From Alphaproteobacteria bacterium (GTDB lineage: Bacteria > Pseudomonadota > Alphaproteobacteria > CAISOG01), in assembly GCA_044375625.1 (NCBI GenBank), contig JBILMH010000002.1, forward strand, positions 5,277-69,276: DNA of 64,000 bases, given 5' to 3'. The stretch's first letter is position 1, and the number at the start of each line of letters is the position of its first letter. The notes under the pieces were generated by a model. It was not told where the DNA came from. It saw only the letters and a program-made list of their open reading frames with translations, and made no database searches. This document shows positions 1 to 8,600 of this stretch, piece by piece. The translations under genes and the position numbers were made by a program.

Positions 1-32
1 CCTATCATTGTCGTTATAAGGCTTTGGTAAAA

Positions 33-104
33 ATGGTTCGTTCGGCGGGGGCGGCGCTGCTGGGCGCAGGAATATTGCTGTTGATTTGGATTTGGGGGGG
101 ATGA
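33..104 (+). CDS. Possible small membrane peptide upstream of the HlyD-family gene (position analogous to AaeX/DUF1656). The frame is open to the window start, so it may be 5'-truncated
   Basis: ATG at 33, hydrophobic tail ...AALLGAGILLLIWIWGG, TGA at 102-104 only 4 nt before the GTG start of the adaptor gene. No in-frame stop upstream to position 3. Confidence 0.2.
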   Translation: MVRSAGAALLGAGILLLIWIWGG

Positions 105-108
105 CACC

Positions 109-1002
109 GTGATTTTGACTAAGAAATTTTCGCTATACCTGGCGCTGGCGGGACTTTTTGCCGCGCTGGTGCTGGTATGGGTGATGCATCGCCCACCCGC
201 GCCGCAAACGCCGCCAGTCACTCCCGTCAGCAACCCTTATCCCGCCAGCTTGGCGGCGGCCGGCATCGTTGAAGCGCGCGGCGAAAACGTCAATATCGGC
301 GTGCCTGTAGCAGGGTTGGTCAGTCAGATGCTGGTGAAGCAGGGGCAGGAGGTGGCGGCGGGGCAGCCGCTGTTTCGGCTTGATGATCGGGAATTGGCGG
401 CACAGCTGCGGGTCAATCAAGCCAATGTTGCCCTAAAACAGGCACAGTTAACCAAGCTGCGTGGCCAGTTGCAACGGTTGCAGTCGGTTGAGGATCAACG
501 CGCCATCAGCCAAGAGGATCTGCAAAATCGTCACAACGACGTGGCGGTGGCTGAGGCGGAGTTAAAGGCGGCTGAGGCGGGGGTGTACCAGGTGCAACAA
601 CTGTTGGATCGCCTGGTCGTTAAAGCACCCAAGGCGGGAACCGTGCTGCAACTCAACCTGCGGGCGGGGGAATTTGCCGCCAATGATCGCAGTGATCCCG
701 TGGTCGTGCTGGGCGAAACCCGCATCCTGCAGGTGCGGGCGGATGTGGATGAGCAGAATGCCAGCCGCGTGTCGCTGACCGATGGCGCCAAGGCGTTTCT
801 TAAGGGGCAGCCAGAACGGCCAATCAACCTGCGTTTTGTTCGGATTGAGCCGTTGGTAGTGCCAAAAAAATCCTTAACCGGAGCCTTTAACGAACGGGTG
901 GACACCCGCGTGCTGCAAGTTATCTATGAGTTTGATAAGGGCAACCTGCCCGTTTTTGTGGGGCAGCAGGTCGATGTGTTCCTAGCCCTGGATAAGAAAT
1001 AG
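109..1002 (+). CDS. HlyD-family efflux periplasmic adaptor (AaeA/EmrA-like membrane fusion protein)
   Basis: GTG start. N-terminal TM anchor MILTKKFSLYLALAGLF resembles the AaeA N-terminus (MKTLIRKFSRT...). Coiled-coil segment and C-terminal beta-barrel-like region typical of MFP adaptors. Confidence 0.65.
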   Translation: MILTKKFSLYLALAGLFAALVLVWVMHRPPAPQTPPVTPVSNPYPASLAAAGIVEARGENVNIGVPVAGLVSQMLVKQGQEVAAGQPLFRLDDRELAAQLRVNQANVALKQAQLTKLRGQLQRLQSVEDQRAISQEDLQNRHNDVAVAEAELKAAEAGVYQVQQLLDRLVVKAPKAGTVLQLNLRAGEFAANDRSDPVVVLGETRILQVRADVDEQNASRVSLTDGAKAFLKGQPERPINLRFVRIEPLVVPKKSLTGAFNERVDTRVLQVIYEFDKGNLPVFVGQQVDVFLALDKK

Positions 1003-1017
1003 CGGCGGGAGTCAGCC

Positions 1018-2217
1018 TTACGCCGCCATGCGATAGATGATGCGGCCATCTTGATAGGCCAGGCTGAGATTGCCGTTGGCCAGTTGTTGGGCAAAGCGGC
1101 CAAACAGATCATAGCGCCAGCCCGTTAAAAAGGGAATTTGGTCGTCATGACCGCCTTGGGAGCCATTTTTATCAACAGATTCTGCAAATGCCTGCAAATC
1201 CTGGCTCGAAGCCAACAGTCCAGCACCAATCTTTTCCTCCTCAGCCCGCAATTTCAGCAGCAGTTTCGCCATTTCCAAAAAGGCGGCCTGCGCGCCTGTC
1301 AGAACCGCCCCACGATGCATCGACGGCAGGGCAGGGGGGCTGGCCATAATATCGGTAATCGCGGTTAGCAGCGTTGCGGCCTTATCACCATCGCGCCAAC
1401 TGGGGGGCAGGCTGCGGCGGGCAGCCAGTTCCGCCTGGCTGGTGGGGGCGGCTTCGGCCAAATCTTGCAGCACGTCATCGCTGATAACCCAACGGCGCGG
1501 GCGGTTGACACGCTCCGCCATTTTGTCACGCCACAGCAACAGGCCGTACAGCAGTTGTTGGCGCGGCAGTTTCCATCGGTGGTTCACCAATTTGTTCCAC
1601 TGATTGCTCAGATCGCTTTGATAGCTGGCGGGGTTCAGCAGATCGCCCGACGTTTCCCCCAACCAATCCAGTCGCCCCCGTTTTGCCAGCTCAGCCTTTA
1701 ACTTGGCGGCCAGCAGCGGCAGATGTTGCACATCGGCGGCGGCGTAGACCAGCTGGTTATCTTTCAACGGCCGCTCCCCCCAATCGGTTCCCCGCGCCGC
1801 CTTATTCAGATGCAAATCCAATACCCGCTGCGCCAATTCGGCATAGGCCACCTGGTCGCCATAGCCCAACAGGCGGGCGGCCGCCTGGGTATCAAAAACA
1901 TTCTGCGGCAGTTGGCCAAACTGGTGCCACAACACCTCCATATCCGCCGTTGCGCTGTGCAGGATAAGGGTCAGGTCGCGGCGCGTCAGCAGCGTTCGTA
2001 ATGGTTCCAGATCCATCCCCTTAGCCAGCGGGTCAATCAGCCAGCATCCCGTGCTGCTGGCCAATTGGATAAGGCACAGCTGCGGATAATAGGTTTTTTC
2101 CCGCATAAATTCCGTGTCCAGCGCCAATTCGTGGGTGTCGGCCAGGCTGGCAACCAGATCGCTCAGGGCGGCGGTGGTGGTAATCAGGCGATAGGGGGGG
2201 GGGCTTTTGGCGGTCAT
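1018..2217 (-). CDS. rnd: Ribonuclease D (DEDDy 3'-5' exonuclease plus HRDC domain)
   Basis: LALDTEFMREKTYYPQLCLIQLA exonuclease motif I, YAAADV motif III, C-terminal HRDC-like region, ~390 aa. Confidence 0.85.
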   Translation of the reverse strand: MTAKSPPPYRLITTTAALSDLVASLADTHELALDTEFMREKTYYPQLCLIQLASSTGCWLIDPLAKGMDLEPLRTLLTRRDLTLILHSATADMEVLWHQFGQLPQNVFDTQAAARLLGYGDQVAYAELAQRVLDLHLNKAARGTDWGERPLKDNQLVYAAADVQHLPLLAAKLKAELAKRGRLDWLGETSGDLLNPASYQSDLSNQWNKLVNHRWKLPRQQLLYGLLLWRDKMAERVNRPRRWVISDDVLQDLAEAAPTSQAELAARRSLPPSWRDGDKAATLLTAITDIMASPPALPSMHRGAVLTGAQAAFLEMAKLLLKLRAEEEKIGAGLLASSQDLQAFAESVDKNGSQGGHDDQIPFLTGWRYDLFGRFAQQLANGNLSLAYQDGRIIYRMAA

Positions 2218-4139
2218 GCTAAATCAGTTTTGCTTTGCTGGGCTTCGGAGGGGGCAGCGGTGTTCGATTCCACCTGCTGCCGCCACATTTTGGCATAGGC
2301 ACCGTTGGCGGCCAACAGCTCCGCGTGGCGACCCTGCTCCACCACCTGCCCCTGGTTCAGCACCAGAATCTGATCGGCGTCGATGATGGTGGACAGGCGG
2401 TGCGCGATGATCAGGGTGGTGCGGTTGGCGGCCAGCTCATGCAGGCGCGCCTGAATCTCCTTCTCCGTCAGGGTGTCGAGGGAGGAGGTAGCCTCATCCA
2501 AAATCAAAATGCGCGGGTTTTTCAGCAGCATTCGGGCGATTCCCACCCGCTGCTTCTCACCCCCCGACAGTTTCAGGCCGCGTTCGCCCACCATCGTGTC
2601 ATAACCTTCGGGCAGGCTGTCGATAAAGCGATCCAGCTGGGCAAAGCGGGCGGCCTCTATCACCGCCTCACGCGGGGTGTCGGGGCGGCCATAGGCCAGG
2701 TTGTAATACAGGGTGTCGTTAAACAGCACCGTATCCTGCGGCACCACCCCAATCTGCTGCCGCAAGCTGTGTTGGTCGATTTCGCGAATATCCTGGCCAT
2801 CAATGCGGATATGGCCGCCGGTGATGTCATAGAAACGGAACAGCAGGCGGGCAATGGTGCTTTTGCCGCTGCCACTTGCCCCCACAATCGCCAGGGTTTT
2901 GCCGCCTGGGATGGTAAAGCTGACATCCTGCAGCACGGGGCGGCGGGCATCGTAATGGAAGGTGACATGCTCAAAGGCGACCCCCCCATCTTGCAGCTGT
3001 AGGGGGGTGGCATTGTCCGTATCGGCCACATCCTGCACCTCATTTTGCAGGCTGAACATCTGTTCAATATCAATCAGCGATTGCTTAATCTGGCGATAGG
3101 CAAAGCCCAAGAAGTTAAGGGGCAGGTACAGTTGCAACAAATAGGCATTGACCAGCACGAAATCGCCCACCGTCATTTGCTGGCGAAAAATGCCGCGCGC
3201 CGCCAACCACATAATCAGCGTCATGCCAACCGCAATGATAGCGGCCTGGCCAAAATTGAGCATAGAAAGGCTAAGCTGGCTGCGGGTGGCGGCCTCCTCA
3301 TACTGGGCGGCAACACGATCAAACCGCGCAACCTCATGCGCTTCGTTGCTGAAATACTTGACGGTTTCATAGTTCAGCAGGCTGTCCACCGCCTTACTGC
3401 TGGCCTCGCCCGCCAATCGGTTCATATCGCGGCGAAAACGGGTGCGCCATTCGGTGATGGCAATGGTAAAGACGATATAGCTGATAATCGTTACCAGGGT
3501 AATGATGGCAAAGGTTATGCCTGTGGTTGCCCACAAAATGGCGGTCACCATCAACAATTCCAACACGGTGGGCAGGATGTTCATCAGCATAAAGGTGACC
3601 AGAAATTCCATCCCCTCCCGCCCGCGCTCCAAAGCGCGGCTCAGGTTGCCCATCTGGCGGTTCAGGTGAAAGCTTAAGGACAGTTGGTGCAGGTGGTGAA
3701 AGGTTTTGCCCATTGCATGGCGCGCCGCCCGTTGCGTTACCCGCACGAACAAACTGTCGCGCAGCTCACTAAAGCCGCTGGTCAGCGCCCGCATTAGTCC
3801 ATACAAAACAATCAGCCCGATGACGGCCATGCTAGCGGTAACCTCAGGCTCTTGCTTAGCGGCCAAATCATGAATGCTGTTGAGATGATCGACAGCGGCA
3901 CGGAACAACAGGGGTATCGCAACCCCCGCCAATTTGGCCAATATCAGGAAGCCAAGGGCGCCCCAGACCCGCTGGCGAATTCTTAACCCCGTATCGTCAA
4001 TGCCCCGCCCCCACAACAGCGGGATAACGGCCGCCAAGGCCTGGCGATGATAGCGCGATTCGGCACTGCCAGGGCGGCTGGCAGCTGCAGCGGGGTTGGC
4101 GGTGGAGGGGGGGCTGGCAGCGGAAGGAGGGGGTCGCAT
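2214..4139 (-). CDS. ABC transporter, fused permease/ATPase, Atm1/HMT-type exporter
   Basis: Six-TM N-terminal domain, Walker A GASGSGKST, signature LSGGEKQRVGIARMLLKNPRILILDEATSSLD. Low-complexity Pro/Ala/Ser N-terminal extension. 4-nt overlap with rnd. Confidence 0.85.
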   Translation of the reverse strand: MRPPPSAASPPSTANPAAAASRPGSAESRYHRQALAAVIPLLWGRGIDDTGLRIRQRVWGALGFLILAKLAGVAIPLLFRAAVDHLNSIHDLAAKQEPEVTASMAVIGLIVLYGLMRALTSGFSELRDSLFVRVTQRAARHAMGKTFHHLHQLSLSFHLNRQMGNLSRALERGREGMEFLVTFMLMNILPTVLELLMVTAILWATTGITFAIITLVTIISYIVFTIAITEWRTRFRRDMNRLAGEASSKAVDSLLNYETVKYFSNEAHEVARFDRVAAQYEEAATRSQLSLSMLNFGQAAIIAVGMTLIMWLAARGIFRQQMTVGDFVLVNAYLLQLYLPLNFLGFAYRQIKQSLIDIEQMFSLQNEVQDVADTDNATPLQLQDGGVAFEHVTFHYDARRPVLQDVSFTIPGGKTLAIVGASGSGKSTIARLLFRFYDITGGHIRIDGQDIREIDQHSLRQQIGVVPQDTVLFNDTLYYNLAYGRPDTPREAVIEAARFAQLDRFIDSLPEGYDTMVGERGLKLSGGEKQRVGIARMLLKNPRILILDEATSSLDTLTEKEIQARLHELAANRTTLIIAHRLSTIIDADQILVLNQGQVVEQGRHAELLAANGAYAKMWRQQVESNTAAPSEAQQSKTDLA

Positions 4140-4570
4140 CAGGGAAAGGCTTTGGGGTGGTGGATAATCAGAAAAACGGTTACTGCAAAAAACCGCAGGG
4201 CAAGCCTGTCTATATTCTTAAGGTGCGACCACCCCAATGCCAAGGGGGATGGTGGGGGAATTGAGAAGAGTAAAGATAGAAACCGCAGCGCCGTCATTTC
4301 CGCGCAGGCGGAAATCCATCGACTGTACCCGCGCCACCCAGTCTTTCCGCCTCATGGATCCCCGCCTACGCGGGGATGACAACCTGTATAGTTTTGTTTT
4401 TTTTAGTTTTTTTGGGTTTTATGCGACTCCATTCCCTCCAACCCTATGGCAGTGTTTTCTTGTTTGATTTTTTCCAGGGTATTAACACGTAATTTACAAT
4501 ATTAAGATAAAATACCTCGATAAAATGCTCTTTTTTGCGTAATCAATGCGAAAGAGCAGGGGGTTTTGAC

Positions 4571-5341
4571 ATGAACCGTCAGTCGGTGTTTTTTAGCTTC
4601 AGCGGCTTTCAATGCAAGCTGCAATTCGCCGCGCAGCAGTTGCGAAAAGCGATTGAGAGCAGCGTTTCCCAGCATCGAATCGACCCCAGGCAGATCATTG
4701 AAATTCAGGGGCAGGTGGTGGAGGAGAAGGCGGATGCCCCCACCCTGTACAGTTGGATCAGGCCGCACCGTATCCGCGACTATACCGAGGATGGAAGGCT
4801 GTATCGGGTTGATCTGACGCGCCCCTCCACTATCAAAAAGTTTCAGGGTCTGGGGCGGCAGGCGGCGGCGCAGATGCAGGCCAAGGTGCCCACCCTGAAT
4901 CAGGTCGATAGGGTGGTAATTTTCTGCTATTCCCAGGGGGCGTTGGTGGCGATGGAGTCGGTTAAGCGATTGTTTTGGGATAAAAAGCACGGCTGGACAA
5001 AGGAAATTTTGGTTTTCAGCTTTGCGGGAACCACCGCGCTGCCGCCATCTCGGCTGAAAAGCTATGCCGCTAAGCCTCTACCCCCCGCCTGCGTCGGCCA
5101 AGTCGGGCTGACCATCGTCAATTTTTTTGATCCGCGTGATGAGATTATTCCGCCCTGGCACCATGACCGCACGACCCGCGAATGGTCGGCAACGGGGACG
5201 AAAGTTATCAATTGCCCATCGGAGATTGCAACCGCCAAACCGCCCTTCCACGGCATGTATGTGCCGCATGTCGAACACGCGCTGGTGATGTTGGCGGGTT
5301 GGGGGTATCGACGATGGAGGCCAAAATTGTTGGCGGGCTGA
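4571..5341 (+). CDS. Hypothetical protein (possible alpha/beta-hydrolase-like; CYSQG resembles a degenerate GxSxG)
   Basis: ATG at 4571 preceded by AGGGGG RBS, AT-rich promoter region upstream. No recognisable family. Confidence 0.4.
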   Translation: MNRQSVFFSFSGFQCKLQFAAQQLRKAIESSVSQHRIDPRQIIEIQGQVVEEKADAPTLYSWIRPHRIRDYTEDGRLYRVDLTRPSTIKKFQGLGRQAAAQMQAKVPTLNQVDRVVIFCYSQGALVAMESVKRLFWDKKHGWTKEILVFSFAGTTALPPSRLKSYAAKPLPPACVGQVGLTIVNFFDPRDEIIPPWHHDRTTREWSATGTKVINCPSEIATAKPPFHGMYVPHVEHALVMLAGWGYRRWRPKLLAG

Positions 5342-5380
5342 AATTTAGCAAAATTACCCGCCGCCCAAGGCAGATATGTC

Positions 5381-6019
5381 TTAAGGCGCTTTATCTTTTT
5401 GCAGGGCTTTAAGCAGGGGCATAATTTTGCCCTGCAAATGGCCAAGGGTGATGGGCCCCTTCAGACGATACTCAATGACCCCATTGCGGCTAATCACAAA
5501 GGTTTCGGGCACATTAACCGCGCCCAGGGCGATGCCACCCTGGCCATGGCTATCCAACACCACGGTTGAATAGGGGTTGCCCAGGCGCGCCAAATAGCTG
5601 GCAATGCGGTCGCCCGTGTCGCGATAGGCCACACCAATGATCGCCACATCGGGCAATTCCTTATGAATGGTCAGCAGGTTGGGATGTTCCAATTCACAGG
5701 TGGCGCACCAGCTGGCAAAAAAATTGACGATGGCCACCTGTCCCCGCACCGATTCCAACGAAAAATCACCGCTTATCTTGACCGCTGGATTCTTGACAGG
5801 TTTTTGAGGGATGCTGTCACGATTGGCCAGCACGGGCAGGGTAATGTTGGGGGCGGTGGCAATGACCGCGCCGCCCTCTACAGGGCGATTGTGATGGCGC
5901 AGACCCAGCCAAAGCCCAATCAGCAAAAGGGCAATAACCAGCAGGGGCAGCAGGCGACAAAGCCGCGTATTCCTGCGGTTCCATCGTTGCACAACAGCGA
6001 ACAGGGGGCGAATGGTCAT
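5381..6019 (-). CDS. Thiol:disulfide oxidoreductase, TlpA/DsbE (CcmG)-like periplasmic thioredoxin
   Basis: N-terminal membrane anchor, thioredoxin active site FFASWCATCELEHP (WCxxC). Confidence 0.75.
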   Translation of the reverse strand: MTIRPLFAVVQRWNRRNTRLCRLLPLLVIALLLIGLWLGLRHHNRPVEGGAVIATAPNITLPVLANRDSIPQKPVKNPAVKISGDFSLESVRGQVAIVNFFASWCATCELEHPNLLTIHKELPDVAIIGVAYRDTGDRIASYLARLGNPYSTVVLDSHGQGGIALGAVNVPETFVISRNGVIEYRLKGPITLGHLQGKIMPLLKALQKDKAP

Positions 6020-6248
6020 GACAAAACTTTGCGCCGAACGGCGGCGTTGGTCAATTGTGTTGGCACTTCATTTTAGAAGATGGGGTTAGAAGATGGAGCG
6101 CACTCAGTTTGCCCACCCCCAAAAAAGTTCAGAAATTGCCCAAAGCATTTTGAAAAAAAGCACATAAGGCTTTACGCGGCGGGGAAAATTTTTTAGCGTT
6201 AGTTCTCCCTGTTCCCCAATCTTTTCCTTTTTTACCGAGTCCTTTGCA

Positions 6249-7586
6249 ATGACAATTCCAGAATCCGATCAAAACGGCCAATCCAAAGCCAGCGAAACGC
6301 AAAAACCCATCAAAAAATATGAGATAGAAGAAGAGATTGATTGGAAAAGCCTGCCGGATGAGGAGGTTGTGGCGCGCGCCTATGAACGGCTGGAAAAGGG
6401 GCGGCCAGAGGTTGCGACTGTAGGTTTCCGCACCCTGTTGGATAGGGATGCTAAGCATCCCCAGGGGTTGTTGGGCATGGCCGATACCGCACTGGCAACG
6501 GGCAGCAATGATGCGGCTGAGATTTTTGCCCGCCGCGCCTATGAGCAGGATCCCGAAAATCCCAAAGTTGTGCATGCCTTGGTTAAGGCATCGGCCAGGG
6601 TGGGTTCGGTGATGGTCAACAATAGCCAATTGGATCAGGGGGCAGAAAAATTAACCTTTGCCCTGGATCTGTTGGTTCAGGATCGTGAAAACCAGGAACT
6701 GTTGGCCATGTGCTTTGCCGATTTGGCGCGCGCCCTTAAGCCGATTGATGAGCTGAAGGCGGTTGAGGCCGCCCGGGTTGCCAGCGCGCTGTACCCTGAG
6801 GAGGGGCGCTTGCGCAACATGCTGGAGGGGTTGTTGGAGTCAACAAGCGCCCCATCCAAGCTGGTCGATTACACCATGGTGATTCAAGAGGATGAACGGC
6901 CGGAGCTGGTGTTACTGACCGCGCAACCCAACATCGGCAATATGTACCTGCGATCCATTATGCATGCCCTAACCGGTTTGCCCGATCGACCCATGTGCTA
7001 TTCCTATTGGGGTACCGAACATGATATCCATTTGCCGCATCTGACGGTTGACCTGAACCGTGGTGGTATGGGCAGCCATTATACCCAGGCCACCAGTGCC
7101 AACATGCGGATTCTAAAGGCTTTTGACGTGCGCTATGTCATTGTTACCGCCGATTTGCCAATGGCAATTGCGGCCTATGACAACGCGGTGGCCAATGATT
7201 TGCGGGTGGATCCAGCCTTATTGGCGGTTGCCACCCTGCCAGATGATCAGCGGTTGGATCTGACCCTGAAACTGCGGGCGCCATGGTTGTTGCAATTTGT
7301 TAGCGGGTGGAAAAAAGCGGTTAAGGATTATGATCTTAATCCGTTTTGGTTTAAGGCCGAATTGCTGCTGGGCGTCGATGGCCAACGCCCGATTATTGAT
7401 GCGATCTGCCGCCATTTTGAAATGGATGAGGTGACCGAGGAGGCGAAGGAAAATATCATCGCCGCCAACCAAGAACTGTTTGATAAAGAACGGCAAAAGC
7501 TGGCCAAATTCTATCAACACCGCCTAACCGCTGATCAGCAAGCCTGGGTCGACAGCCTAAAACCCTGCTTCCCAGAGGCGTTTTAG
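6249..7586 (+). CDS. Hypothetical protein, TPR-like N-terminal half and sulfotransferase-like C-terminal half
   Basis: Helical repeat region (AYERLEKG..., ARRAYEQDPENPKV...). The C-terminal segment LVLLTAQPNIGNMYLRSIMH resembles a sulfotransferase PAPS 5'-PSB loop. Tentative. Confidence 0.45.
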   Translation: MTIPESDQNGQSKASETQKPIKKYEIEEEIDWKSLPDEEVVARAYERLEKGRPEVATVGFRTLLDRDAKHPQGLLGMADTALATGSNDAAEIFARRAYEQDPENPKVVHALVKASARVGSVMVNNSQLDQGAEKLTFALDLLVQDRENQELLAMCFADLARALKPIDELKAVEAARVASALYPEEGRLRNMLEGLLESTSAPSKLVDYTMVIQEDERPELVLLTAQPNIGNMYLRSIMHALTGLPDRPMCYSYWGTEHDIHLPHLTVDLNRGGMGSHYTQATSANMRILKAFDVRYVIVTADLPMAIAAYDNAVANDLRVDPALLAVATLPDDQRLDLTLKLRAPWLLQFVSGWKKAVKDYDLNPFWFKAELLLGVDGQRPIIDAICRHFEMDEVTEEAKENIIAANQELFDKERQKLAKFYQHRLTADQQAWVDSLKPCFPEAF

Positions 7587-7605
7587 GGTCAATTTTTAAC
7601 AGTTT

Positions 7606-8565
7606 TTGCAGCAGGATTTTATCATGGCAACCGTACAATACCACGGCAGCTTGGGCAAAATTTATGGGATTTGGTTAAGCAATCTGTTGCTAACTATCGT
7701 GACCCTTGGGATTTATGGTTTTTGGGGACGCAAACGGATGCGCCAGTATCTGGCCAGCCAGGTCACACTGAATGGTGACCCGATGGAGTATCAGGGCACG
7801 GTGGCGGAGCATGTTATCGGCACAATCAAATATTTGGTGGCGATTGGGTTGCTGTATTGGGTGAATCTGCAGATATTTCCTCAGGAGATAAAGGAAATAT
7901 CTGCACAACCAACCCTTTCAACCAAAGAGTTTATAGGATCAATTGTTTTAAACTTGGTCTACATTTATATAGTAAGCATCTTCATCTTCACCTCCCGCTG
8001 CTATCGAATCAATCGGGTTACCTGGCGTGGTGTCTATCATCGTTTGGATGGCAATATGTGGCGATATGCTTTTTTGCGTCTGTATGCTTTGTTAGGCAAA
8101 TTTTTTACTTTAGGATTGTTGGCACCCCGTCTGGATACCAAGTGGGCAAGTTGGACCTATAGTAGGTTATCTTTTGGTAATCATACGGCACATCTTTTGC
8201 CCTATTCCCCCAGCAAACAGTTACGCCGAACCAACCTGGTTACCATTTTGTTGGCGCTTCCAACATTATTTGCCTCACGCCTTTGGTATCACGCCGCTTT
8301 TTACCGTGAGTTTTTAGGCCATATCACGGTTGCAGGCGTTTTGGTTGATAGTAGCCGCATTACGAGCGGACGTTTAATCAGCTTGCTTATGGGCAATGCG
8401 GCCTTGCAAATTTTCTCTCTTGGCTTGGCACAACCAATCGTTATTGATCGAAGCCTGCGTTGGTTGACCGAAAACATTACATTTGACGGTGAGCTGGCCA
8501 ATGATATAGGCAGTAGCCCACGCCTAAGCCTAAGTAGTGAGATGCCTCCGTTCTTCATCGCCTAG
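7606..8565 (+). CDS. DUF898 (YjgN-family) inner-membrane protein
   Basis: YHGSLGKIYGIWLSNLLLTIVTLGIYGFWGRKRMRQY matches the DUF898 signature. Duplicated TM-pair architecture. Lower GC than its neighbours. Confidence 0.6.
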   Translation: MQQDFIMATVQYHGSLGKIYGIWLSNLLLTIVTLGIYGFWGRKRMRQYLASQVTLNGDPMEYQGTVAEHVIGTIKYLVAIGLLYWVNLQIFPQEIKEISAQPTLSTKEFIGSIVLNLVYIYIVSIFIFTSRCYRINRVTWRGVYHRLDGNMWRYAFLRLYALLGKFFTLGLLAPRLDTKWASWTYSRLSFGNHTAHLLPYSPSKQLRRTNLVTILLALPTLFASRLWYHAAFYREFLGHITVAGVLVDSSRITSGRLISLLMGNAALQIFSLGLAQPIVIDRSLRWLTENITFDGELANDIGSSPRLSLSSEMPPFFIA

Positions 8566-8600
8566 GCGGGTGATGGCGGCTTCTCTGGCTGGGGGGTGCC

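Noticed and set aside
4535-4570. Longer start (ATG 4535) for the hypothetical gene
   Set aside because: The internal ATG at 4571 has a much better RBS (AGGGGG) and the upstream 12 codons lie in the AT-rich promoter region.
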